Assembly: GCA_028534125.1 (NCBI GenBank)
Contig: CM052832.1
Location: forward strand, 21,268,001 to 21,332,000
DNA from: Lama glama
Lineage: Eukaryota
Direction: 5' to 3'
Length of the DNA stretch: 64,000 nt
Shown here: in pieces, positions 11,400 through 22,498 of the stretch
Numbering within the stretch: the stretch's first letter is position 1
Layout of the letters: each line of letters begins with the position of its first letter
Made by a program: the position numbers and the translations under genes
Notes under the pieces: model-generated
Databases searched by the model: none
What the model was told of the DNA's origin: nothing
The model's input: the letters and a program-made list of their open reading frames with translations, nothing else

Positions 11400-12420
11400 A
11401 GTCCCGAAGGCTGGGAGTTAAAAACTCTGCCTGAGAGACACGCATTGTGAGATGTCCCTGCCAGGTGTGGGGGTAGCGCTGCCAGGTGGGGCCGGTGGAA
11501 GGCTGCCCTCCTGAAGCTCCGCTTCAGAGTCAAGGTCGTCTGGCTGGTGCCTGATTCTGGAGAGGACACTGAACGATAAAACGCCCTGCAAGTCAGCTGA
11601 CTGCCGTGTCATCGCAGCTGCCCAAGCCCTGGCTGCTGCCGGCTCCACGTCACCAGGCATACAACTAGGCAAAGAGCGACAGAGTTTGAAAGTGTTCTTT
11701 TTCCTGCCGCCGCTCAGCATTTCTGACGTGAGGAGTATTTACCTTGGTTTAGCCAGAAGCAGAGAAGCAGTCTGCATGTACACGACGGCTTCACCCTTGG
11801 CAGCGTGAATTTCCAGCAGAGCAGGTCCTGCTCGGAGCCTGGGGGCCAGACTGCCTCTGGTGGAGCCCGGCTGGTTCCCCACCACTTGTGGGAATAGTGT
11901 GCGGGCTTGTCACGCCACGCCGCTCCACCTGCAGGAATAAAGGCTAGGACAAAGGAGATGCTGCTTGCCAAAGCTTTGTCCGGCTGGGGCCTGAGCGGGC
12001 AGACTCCCCCGGACGGATGCTGTGTGACTCTCCCAGCTCCCCGTTCTGGCTGGTCACCGGGGCTGGTGCAGATCCCCACTTCTCAGTTATAACACGGTGT
12101 TAAAGGAGAAACCAGACTCACTGACCTAAATCCATCCCAGTCCTCTCTGGATGCAGGGACAGCTGTCGACTAGCAGTGACACAACCAGCCATCAAGTGGA
12201 GAGTCGTTGCGACTGCAGTCTGGGTGCAGGTGGAGCCTGGGAGAATGACAGTTTAATTGCGGTCCTCTGATGGCTTCTTATTTTCCTAAATAATCGTGCT
12301 CGCTAAGTATACAGTTGCCTGGATTAGTCTGCCTTCCATGCAGTCTTCATCTGCGCTGGTTGGAAATCAGGGTGCCAGGCGAGCCTGTTTAGTGCTGGCT
12401 CCTTCCTGCGTGATGTTATG
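11400..12420. promoter_or_regulatory. Putative enhancer block (repeat-poor, CpG-retaining)
   Basis: Palindrome AGTCAGCTGACT (11591-11602), CRE-like CACGTCA (11646) and TGACGTG (11724), TCAGCA+AT (MAF half-site), TGACAGTTTAATTG (TALE plus homeodomain). Confidence 0.35.
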
Positions 12421-12529
12421 CAACTAGGATGGGTCACACTGACAACAAAGAAGGAAGCAGAAAGCATCACTGTATCTTCTCTTGTGATGTTAGCGGAACA
12501 TAACTCTTCTTCGCAATGATGCCTTCCTC

Positions 12530-12625
12530 TGTGTGTGTGTGTGGGGTGTGTATGTGTATGTGTGTTTGTTTTCATCTAATTGAACAGCCTAACAGATATT
12601 ATCACGGGGGTGTGTGTGTGTGTGT
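12530..12625. repeat. Two (GT)n tracts
   Basis: Imperfect GT tract 12530-12565 and (GT)8 at 12610-12625. Confidence 0.9.
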
Positions 12626-12659
12626 TTAATGATTTGGGAAAGAAAAAAATGCAGCCTGT

Positions 12660-13150
12660 GGAGACAGCAATTTGAGACAGCTGCACATTTAGGTTATTGC
12701 CAATTGGAAATACTTTGGTTTGTGAAGCTGAGCCCTAAGGGACAGCTCGGTAACTGAGAAGGAGATCGTAGATAAAGAAATAAAAATGACAAGCGTAATG
12801 GAGGCTCTGCGAGAGGACTGTCAGAGCCTCCGTTCATGGATGGCAATTTCGCCAGGCTGAGATTGAATAATTCATAGATTGAAATTACCCTGCTTTCACC
12901 TTTCCATTTAAACCGGCATGATCTGAATCTGTAATAAATTTTCAAGATAAAAGTAAAATGCCAATTGGAATCTGAAGAGCTTTTAAAACCAGATGCTGCA
13001 TCCCTGAATCTTTCGGTATCTTTCACAATTATCCTGTGAGAACTGCACTTCATCACGAAGCACCATTACCAGGGAAAATTACTGTGATTACAATAGCAAC
13101 AATAGAATACCATCAAATGATCTCTAATTTGCTAAGACTGTGTGGTTTTA
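12660..13150. promoter_or_regulatory. Putative conserved non-coding element with internal hairpin
   Basis: No recognisable repeat; TGCCAATTGGAA twice (12698, 12959); inverted repeat 12797-12834. Confidence 0.35.
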
Positions 13151-13294
13151 AAGCCCATTGTATGTCACCATGCCTGGCACCCGTGAGCTTTTGCACTGGA
13201 ACAAAAGTGACACAGTGTGTGTGATACCTTAACTCCCAAAGCAAAGAACATTCTCCTAGGTTACAATGTCTCTTTTGTTGGGTTTGCATTTCTA

Positions 13295-13311
13295 TGTGTG
13301 TGTGTGTGTGT
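13295..13311. repeat. (TG)8 microsatellite
   Basis: Read directly. Confidence 0.9.
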
Positions 13312-15319
13312 TTCCGATGCCTATACCCCAAATGCCTGTTTGGGGAAATGGTGAGCTGTCATGGATTTGGGTTTGATTCTTCGATACAGGAGAGTGTAGC
13401 CTTGTTCATTTATACACCCTTTTAATTTTAATATATATAAGCATGTGTTTACCAGAAGGGAGGGAAGACTGTGTTCTGGGAGAGGAGTTTAAAAATGCAG
13501 CCAGGATGAAGTGTTCGCCTTTGTTTCTTCTTTGAAACCCCTGTCTGCTTTCAGGTCAGAGAGCCTTTCAGGGCATTACAGTCCTGGTGTGATGAGTTAA
13601 AAACCTCTCAGACTGAAACGAAGCTCAAGAGACACATCCAGGAATAACCCTGTGCAGCCTTTATTAACAGCATGTGTGTCTGACTGAGTGAGTAAATGAA
13701 GCTTTGGGACTAGACTTTGGTCGGGGTTGTGTCTGCTTGCTCGCTAGGTAGAAGTCTCACCTGAACTGCTGTACTTTGAATCTCAGGGCTCACGGTGCCA
13801 CCCCGAGAGAGTGGCATGGTTCTTAACACCTGCGTGGAGGACGGACTGTAGTCACTTAATAGGCACAGTGACTTAGGGAATTTCACTTTCAGTAACATGA
13901 TGAGAACAGTATGTGGGTTTCTCCTAGTCAGGCGACTTAAGTTTGACTGTCTAGGTGGGGTTTCTGAGGGCTGACAGTCTCGGGGGGCGGGGAAAGGTAG
14001 GTCTGACACGTACCTGTCTGGTATTATGAGTTGTTTGCTGAAGCCCCTGAACTCTGGTATCTTTCTTAATCTGTTACTCCGGTTTACCCCTCCCCACACT
14101 CCTGCAAATGCCTGTCAGAAGGAGGTAAGTTGTATTTCTCATCATTTGTATGATTGATGATGTTCTTTGCTGTCTGGTTTCAGTGGCTATGAGTTTTTTA
14201 TGTTGTACTTTCTTTCCACTTACGGTTATTCTCACTGCCTTCGGGATAACTAACAACTTTCTTTTCCCCTGTGTTTTTTTCTAAATACAAATGAAAACAT
14301 GGTATTTAAAAAAAAATGCTTTAAATATAGTTTTTGTTCCCTTGTTCTGAATATATTCAAGGTTTTAAGGCTTTTCAAAGGAAAGGGGAAAACAGTTTTA
14401 CGTAGTAAATAATTTGTTTAAAGAGAGCAAGCGATTCACTAGAGATCAATTATGTTACCATATTGTTTTGTGCGATAGCTCACATTTCTACTTCTGGACC
14501 TATTATTCTTATCTTTGAGAAAGAAGCTTGGCTGTTACTGACAAAGAGCTTTTCACAAGCCCACACTGCCTAGGTGCCAAAGTGTTTTCTTTTGTATTTA
14601 AGAAAAACACATAGCTTTGATAGTCTGCACAGGGTTTTTAATTTCTGGCGTTTTAAAACTCTCCAATAGTCAAAATTGGAGCAGGATAATTAATCACTGA
14701 TTGAGCAAACTGGTTTACATGTTGATATTTAAGTATTAACAGGTATCCTAAAATTTTCAAAGAATAATTGGAAATTATTTTTGTTACTTTTTTGGGAGTC
14801 AGACACCACTTGTATTCACTTGATAAAAATAGCAAATTTGAAGCTGGTAGCTCTATGATTCAAGTATTTGTATTTCATATTCTTGGAAAATTTTGAGGGG
14901 TTTGTTTTATTTCTTTAGGATGCAGGTGCCACTAGTACTGCCACATCTTAGTGCTTGATGATCCTGAAATTCCCTTGTTTTACCACAAAAAAAGATTCAT
15001 CATCTCGAGCTGCTAACTTAAAAATCTCGGACTCCAATGTTTATCTAAAATTAAATTCTCTTTTCAAACTCTGAGTCACTGAACGTAATTGAACATAGTA
15101 TTTTAAAATCAGTTCTTTAGATAATTTCTAATCCATTATTGCCAACTTTTTCACTACAGATATGTCTTACAACGTTCTAGATGAGCATAACAGTTGAAAA
15201 AGACTAAGAAATTTACAATTGCAGATAATTTGAAAAAGCAAAGAAACAACTGTGAAAGTATACTAGCAGGGGTTAATTTGGGTGAATCTCAGACAATCAT
15301 GGCTTGACATTATTTTTGA

Positions 15320-15345
15320 GTGTGTGTGTGTGTGTGTGTGTGTGT
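15320..15345. repeat. (GT)13 microsatellite
   Basis: Read directly. Confidence 0.95.
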
Positions 15346-15879
15346 TTTCGGTAAGCACGAGAAAGATAGTTTTCCCCTCCCTCCTAACTCCTAACTCCCA
15401 AGTCACTACAGAGCATCAGCAACAATCACAAGGAGTGATTTTAAATGTAAACATCAAGAATCACACTCAGAATCCACAAAAATACCTGGTGCTTTTTATC
15501 ATTTCATAATCGCAGTCTTTTCTGCAAGACGCATACTGTGGTGAACCGATGCATTTTGCATATAGTCAAATAGACTATTCCTAGTTGACATGGGATTTCT
15601 CTAATTAACATATGCAACAAGGACAGTGACATAGTACAGTTTACCCTAAGTTTTAAGTGTGTAGGAATGAAACATGCCTTTACCAAGTACCAATATGTGT
15701 GCTCCCCTAGGCTGCCATAGAGAAAAAGGCAGGTGAGACAAAAGAAACAGGTAAAGGTAAACGAAAGCACCCACATTATTCAGGGGGGCTTTTGTAAAAA
15801 ATGGCACAATCAAGTTTGAAAATCTTGTGTCTGTGGACTATCTTTATAAAGAGGCCCTTCTCTCTAGTAAGAGAATCTT

Positions 15880-16190
15880 TCCAACATTTTTTAAATGAAA
15901 ATTTCCAAACATAGAGAAAAGCTAAAAAGGAGTGAACACCCATATACCAACCCCCTAGATTCTGTAAATGACATTTTTCTGTACTGTCCTGATCACATCT
16001 GTATCCAGCTTTCTTCTCCTCTGTCCATCCATCAATCCATCTTACTGACAATGCATTTCAGAGTAAGCTGCAGACACTAGTATACTCTACCCTTAAGGGG
16101 ATGCCTGCTGAAGACCTTAACTAGACTTCAACATTTGTTTACAGTACTTTCCTTTAACTAAAATTATATATGATGAAAACAGAATTTTGA
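15880..16190 (-). mobile_element. Old L1 3' end (L1ME-type)
   Basis: GAAAATTTCCAAACATAGAGAAAAG...GTGAACACCCATATACC...CCTAGATTCT...TCCATCCATCAATCCATCTT...AGTAAGCTGCAGACA. Confidence 0.75.
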
Positions 16191-17248
16191 AAACAACGTA
16201 CTGTTGTTTATGTGGCATTGTTTCTTTAACATGATGAGTGGCTGCCTGCAAACGCCCATGATCCTATGTTTTAACTTGAAACGTGCAAATCCCACATTTA
16301 TGGTGGAGGGGAGCAGGCCCTCCCCAGTCTCAATCCCTGTGGCCCAGGTGAGCCTTCACCCTCTGAGCCTGGGGACCCCGGTAACTTAACATCAGTACCG
16401 GGATGGAGGAGGTGTCAGGACATACGTAATTAATTCCCAAGGTCTATCCCCTTCTTGGACCAGCTTTCCTTTCTCTTCCCTGCAGGCCCTTGAAACGTAA
16501 CCCATTTGCCTCTTGAAAAGTCACCAGCTGTTCTCCTCCGCCTCTTCCCTTTCCTCTCCCACTTTTCCCGATTGGCTTTTCTCTTTTCCACTTCCCTTCT
16601 GGCTCCTAATAGTTTTTTTCAGAACCAAGGAACAAATCTCTTCATCTTTCAAGTCATTCTTCGGCATGCAGTTTCAAGGAAATGATGATGGGAAACAAAG
16701 GTAATTTTAACAAAGTTAAAGAATCACAAGAACGCTTACAGGATTCGTTTCTCTCGGTCTTAATGAAAACGTAAGTGAGTTAAGGCCTGCCCTCTCCCCC
16801 TCTTCATGAATCCCTCTCTTGGATCCAGTCTTGTCGGTGAGATTTATCCAGTTGTCTCTTAACTGAACCCTAGACCCGGCTTCTCTAAGATTTGTATTGA
16901 TGCATGAGAACATTCTCTCTACTTCCCACATCTGCTAAGTTTCCTGGACTCAGCTTCTGGTCACTAGCTCTGGTCCTCTGCATCAGAAGCAGCACAAGGC
17001 CTGCCTCTTAAATTATGCTTGGCCCTGACCCCTCAGGCTGAGGAAATGCTCAGATCTTTGGTCCTCGTGCACCTGGCCGTCACATTGTAGGGGACTGCTC
17101 CCTCAGGCCATCTTTCTTCATTCAGGTCAGCATGCCTAAAGCTTTCATTTGGTGGGAAAGACATCAGAGAGTTGTGGCTGGGTCTGTCTTTGGCTGGATG
17201 GCGACCAATTTACCTATTTTTATAAAGTACCAACTGGTTATAAACACA

Positions 17249-17612
17249 CTGGCTAAGAGTTTAGGCTCTGTAGTTAAGACAAACCTGGCTTGTAATCTGT
17301 GTTACCACTTAACTAGCAACATTACTCCAGGCTAAGTTACTGAACCATTTTAAGCTTCATCTCTTCAAAGGGATGCTGTGAGTGTTAAATTATTTATATG
17401 ATAGAATATAGACACTTTATTTATATATAAATAGTATACAATTTATAATTTAGAAAATTTTATTTATAATTATAAATTGTATAATTATATATACATAAAA
17501 GGTATATATTACATAACGTGTAATTATATGCTATTTTATTAGATATGTGTACATAATGTATTTGGCACAATGCTTGGCACCCACTTGGTACTTAGTGTAT
17601 GTTAGTGTCCTT
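17249..17612 (+). mobile_element. MIR SINE interrupted by an AT-rich palindromic tract
   Basis: GGCTAAGAGTTTAGGCTCTG...GGGATGCTGTGAGTGTTAAAT, then AT tract, then TTGGCACAATGCTTGGCAC. Confidence 0.75.
17390..17545. repeat. AT-rich low-complexity tract with perfect inverted repeats
   Basis: 16-bp palindromes at 17418-17433 and 17462-17477; 16-bp inverted pair 17435-17450 / 17468-17483. Confidence 0.85.
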
Positions 17613-18399
17613 GTTATCATCCTCACCATCACCATCACCTTATCGACCGAAGGTACAGTCATCCCAGAACCCAGCTGGCCCTCCACCAATCGGGGCTATG
17701 TAACAGATCTTAGCAGACTGCCTTCTCTTCCTATGTCCAAATTTGCGTATCTTGATGGACCTCCTGTTAAATTTCCCCCTTTTACTGAAGGTCTAAACAT
17801 GCCCCTCCCCCAGGTTTTCGGTTGGGTGGGGAGCAGAAACAGCCAACAAACTCACTGAATGATTAAGCTCTTCCAGGTGAGCGCTCCGGGTTTTCCTCAG
17901 GTGTCCCTCATGAGCCTGCCCTCATTCTTTGAGAATTGGAGATTCCAAAATCAAACTGTGGGATATGCACACGCGTATGTTTAATTTAGTTTTAACAAAA
18001 GGGGGAGGCACAGGGCCTTTCCCCCTAGGAGGCCCAGAGGTGGAATTGTGGAAGCTCAGTTTCCTACCGCATCATATCCTGCCCCTTTCCAGCCCACACA
18101 ACATAGCAGACGCCTGAGGCTATACCAGAGAAAGAGAGCCTTTAGACCCAGAGACGGGGGCCTGTGCCCTGGGCACCACGCTGTTGAGAGCTGCATTTTA
18201 GAAGGCCCTGCTCTGCCCCTCCACTGTCATTCCCTGTCACAGCCTCCACCACCACCCCCCACCAAGGACAAAAAGTCAGTGGGTCAAGGGGACATGTGCC
18301 CCCAGAGCCTGTGCTTCACCTGTTCCTAGAGCATGCTTCCTGGAATCCTGAGTCTCTGCAGAAGCATTCCTGAACCTCCAGGCCCGCCAGGCTGAGGAT

Positions 18400-18912
18400 G
18401 AAGGATGCTGCCAGTGTGTGCCTGCCTAGGCCTGCAAGGCGGGTGGAGGAGGCTGAGGGGAGCAGGGGTCTTCCCGGGGCAGACCCCTCCCCCATGTCCT
18501 CAGCTTTAGCTCCTCTCTGAAGCACCAAGATAACAATAGCTGATTCACGTTTCCTGAGTTGTTTTACAGATGAGAAAACTCCACCAAGTGGAAGGTGTTA
18601 ACTACTTGATGACCTTGAGAATGCAGTCCCTGGGCCCCCCCCAGCCTAACCCGCCCTGTTAACCTCACCATCAGCCAATCAGAGAATGTGCATGCGCTGA
18701 TCACACACCCTGGGATGCCCCGCCCTCAACCTGGCCTTTAAAAATGCTTTGCTGAAACCCACGGAGGGCTTCTCGTGCGCTGAGCACGAGCTGGGCGGGG
18801 CTCCTTGCTGGGTTCCTGCAGTAAACGCTGCCCTGGCCTCACCACCCAGGTGTCGGCAGTAGATCGGCTTTATTGCGCCCGGGCCAGCGGACCCGAGTTT
18901 GGTTCAGTAATG
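18400..18912 (+). mobile_element. ERV1-type solo LTR (5' boundary uncertain)
   Basis: U3-R-U5 order: CCAAT (18675), TATA-like TTTAAAAA (18737), poly(A)-signal variant AGTAAA (18820), U5 end GGACCCGAGTTTGGTTCAGTAA; no internal viral sequence follows. Confidence 0.75.
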
Positions 18913-19873
18913 CGGGTGGGGCAGGCCTTCCTGACTCCAGAAAGAGCTGGGAGTGGGCAGGGGTGGTCAGCCCAGAGGCTCCCGCTGGTCCCGCCGCCAC
19001 ATCCTGGTCCAGGACCCCGGAGCAGGGGGGACAACGTAGTTCCATTCTGGTCTTAGGAGGGCCTATGTGTCAAGGTAAGAGAGTCGGCTTTATTTCATTC
19101 ACCAGCCTGTTGGCTTGATTTGTAGTTGATTTGTAAGTATTGAGAGGTGGTAGGGAGGCCTCCGTTCGTATACGGCCTGAACCTGAGCTGGCTTTGGAAG
19201 GCCCCAATTCCCCCCAAAACTTGACTGGTTGGCTACTGCTGTAATGGTGGACAAGTAAATCTTTACTGTTAGGACAAAGGGAAGAAGCTTGTTGATTCAC
19301 CAAGATCTGGAAAGTTTGTTCTCTGGTTGAGGTTTTTCATTCAAAAAGTTTTCTAAAGTTAGTAAATTCTGAAAATATGAAAGGTCCATTTTGTGCTTAC
19401 ATGTAGAACCTTCTGTATGCGAAAGCGGTGAAAACGACTCTCTACGGGTGTAGTAAAGAGGTAAACTGTTTTTGTACTTGACCGAACCAGAAAGCCAGCA
19501 GCTCTCTGAACTGGATGGGTAACAGGTGGGACCCGCACAGCTGTGGCCCCAACTGCGCCATTTCATTGAGCGACTTGAAGACGTGGCCTCTTTCACTGTA
19601 CTCAGTTCAATACTCAGCACTGAAGGAGGCACGTTTAAGGCAGAGAAGTTCAGAAATGAATAGCCAGTAGTCGGAGAGTCGCTGTTTCATAAAATAAATC
19701 CTGGAGAATCTATTTTTTTCAACTGGATTTCCAGAAGAAAATTCAGGGGACAAAAAGGGATTCAAGAAATACGGAGCGGGAGTATGCCTGGGGCTGTGTG
19801 GGTGTTTTACACACGAAATGACCCCCGTGTTAATGTCACTTAGTCCAGCATAAAACAAGGGGGCTAATGTCGC

Positions 19874-20090
19874 AGAGTCTGGAGCCAGTCAGCTGGGATC
19901 TGAATCCTGGTTTTTGTTGCTTTACTGCAAACATGTGTGTGAACTTGGAGCTTTTTACCCCTTCTCATACCTACAGGAGGGGTAATTGTATCCTCCTCAT
20001 AGGGTAGGAATGGGGATTAACTAAGGTAATATTTGCAAAACACCAGGAGGGTGCTGGCGCAGAGTAGGTGCAGTACAGCATTTGTTAAAT
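19874..20090 (+). mobile_element. MIR SINE
   Basis: TCTGGAGCCAG...TCTGAATCCTGG...CCTCATAGGGTAGGAATGGGGATTAA. Confidence 0.75.
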
Positions 20091-20534
20091 TACACAGTAA
20101 AAATGAAAGATGAAAAAATTAAAATCCTGAGAGGTTATTGACTTGTTCGCAGTCACACAGTGAATTAATAAAAGATCCACCATCCACCACACTCAAATAT
20201 CAGACCTATTTCTGAGAGTGGCATATTGTCCAAGAGCTGACTATGGCCAAAATAAAATACGTATTTGTGTCACTTATTAGACGTCTAAAAGAGAAACAAA
20301 AAGAACCGTAAAAAATACTGCAGTACAGTTATCCTGATATATTTTTAAGTTTTTGTCCTACCCCTTCTGTATTTTATATATTGCTTTTCACGTTGTTACT
20401 CCCTTTTTGAGTTAGCTTCTTACCTCCAGCCAATAAGTCTGCCCAGTTAGGTCACTACTTCACTTGAGTGAGTTAACTACTCCAGAAAAAGGGCCAATGC
20501 CCCCCCACCCCTACTCCATCATTGTCTTGTGCAG

Positions 20535-21660
20535 TTTGTCTCATTACAAAAATAAATATATGAAAGAAATTGGGAAAATGCACAGAAGCATAAAAATAAA
20601 ATAAACCTCAGCATTAATCCCACTGCTCACTGAGACAAGCACTGATTATCTATATGGTACAATTTTGTGTGTGTGTAAATAAATTATAATGATTGGACTT
20701 AAATTGCATATCCTACTTTGTAACCTACTTTTTTTTAATGAGTACATCAAAAAAAAAAGAGCCATTAATCCTTCCAGTGGGACATTTAGATTTTTCCAGA
20801 TTTCCACTATTACAGATGTAATTGGAGACGTTATAACTTTAATGTGGCAGAATACATTCAGAACCAACTGAGTTGTTTCCAGGCTGTAGGTTCGTTATAA
20901 AACAGCCCAGGTCTTTCCTCCTCTTCCCAGCAGGGCTTCGAGCTGTGGCTACCTGAACTTTCCTTGGTCCCAGGAGCAAGTCAGTGGGCCCTTGTGTTTT
21001 CACAAGTGTGTGTTCAGGGAGGTGAGTCAATTGAGAGTCCTACATAAGAAAGTGTTGGAGGCTTTGAATTTCTAGAGTCAAGAGGGAAAAGGGCCAGACC
21101 AGAAGCAGAAGGGTAGACTATTTCGAGGCTGGGAATGGGGCGGGGGGTTCCTCAGGGGGGAAGCAATCCTCAGGAGATGGTGGTGGCGGAACTTTGAATG
21201 GGGGACTGTGGGATGCCTGGAGACTGCTCTGCATTCCTGTGGCTGAGCTGGGTCTAGAGGGTTGTGATGTTGTGAGAACGGCCACTGGCCTTGACAATGT
21301 GCATGCAAGCCTGGAGAGTAAAACTGCTAGGAACTACCTTTCCCAAATTCCTGTGCTGCTTAAACCCAAGGATTCTCCGCAATCCCAAAGGATGAGAGAG
21401 GAAACTCAGACTCAGAAAAATGGCTGAGCATCCCACGAACCCTGGCTGGTGGTGATAAATCAGATTTAATTTTGTTTCAAAAGATGATATGTACCCAAGT
21501 ATCAGGTGGACTTAACTCTTCTGCACGTATACCTTAGTATCCCTGATGATCTTACGATAAATTCCTAGAAATGAGATTACTTGAAAAAAGCAGTCCAGTT
21601 TAAGGTTTTATGTATATACTTTGTCTTTTTAGAAGTTTCTGTATTTGTCAAGTCCACTGA
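20535..21660 (-). mobile_element. Old L1ME fragments (about 20535-20820 and 21520-21660)
   Basis: GGACATTTAGATTTTTCCAGATTTCCACTATTACA and GATAAATTCCTAGAAATGAGATTACT are colinear L1 3' motifs; the intervening sequence is unassigned. Confidence 0.5.
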
Positions 21661-22020
21661 TTCTTCTGTTTATCCCTCACAAAGGATTGTTAAGGAAAGG
21701 AGGAAAAGCAAAATTAGCCAAGCTAAATTGGTCATTAAGTATACATTTCCATTTACAATCTACCCCATCTCAGAAGACTTCAATTACTGGATTACTTTAT
21801 TGATAAGCCCAAGCGATAGTTAATCATGAAGTATTTAAGGAGACAGCATACATTCCCACATGAGAAAGTGACAGACGCTGCCAGTTAGGCAGACTGTCAA
21901 GAAATTATCTAAAAGCCTGGAAACAGATAGGCACTAGAATAAATAGAATGAAATCTGAACTGGCTCCTCAAAGCCTGCTTAAAATCTTAGTGACCTCTCA
22001 ACAGCCAGGGAAAAACCCAA

Positions 22021-22175
22021 CTTTTGGGCAAACTTGCCAGCAAATTAACTTCTGAGCTTCAGTTTCCTCTTCAATAAGCAATGGGTCACAACAGGACTGA
22101 CTTCATGGGGTTGTTGGGAGAGTTGAAAGTGGTAATACATGTGATGTTCTGGCACCAGGTGAGCACGATGTAAAT
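22021..22175 (+). mobile_element. MIR SINE
   Basis: TTCTGAGCTTCAGTTTCCTC...CTTCATGGGGTTGTTGGGAGAGTT. Confidence 0.7.
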
Positions 22176-22498
22176 ACCGTCATCAGAGCACGCAGCGTGC
22201 CCTCGGAGCCGCGCGCCCTTCCTGAATCCCCAGTGTCATCTCTCCATGCTCCCCTCTCCTCAGGCCCCAGCTATACTGAAATACTTGTTATCCTCCAGCT
22301 TTCCACTCTCTCATCTTTTTTTTTGCCTTTGTGCATGCTGCTTTGCCCCCGGAATGACCTTAACCCCTTTCTTTTCCTAGCGAGTTCTCCTATCATCCTT
22401 CAAGATTTCGCTCCTGCATTATCTCTCTCCTTGCAGAACCCTTTGGTCTGAGCTGGGCGCCCCTCTGATGTTCACTTAGGAGATGTAGAAGGGTATAT

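Noticed and set aside
12797..12834. Hairpin as a pre-miRNA or intrinsic terminator
   Set aside because: A 13-bp stem is too short for Drosha processing, I recognise no mature miRNA, there is no U-tract, and the context is eukaryotic.
14108..14124. MPVRR as the first exon of a KCNH-family channel
   Set aside because: Similarity ends after five residues; the expected GHVAPQN continuation is absent.
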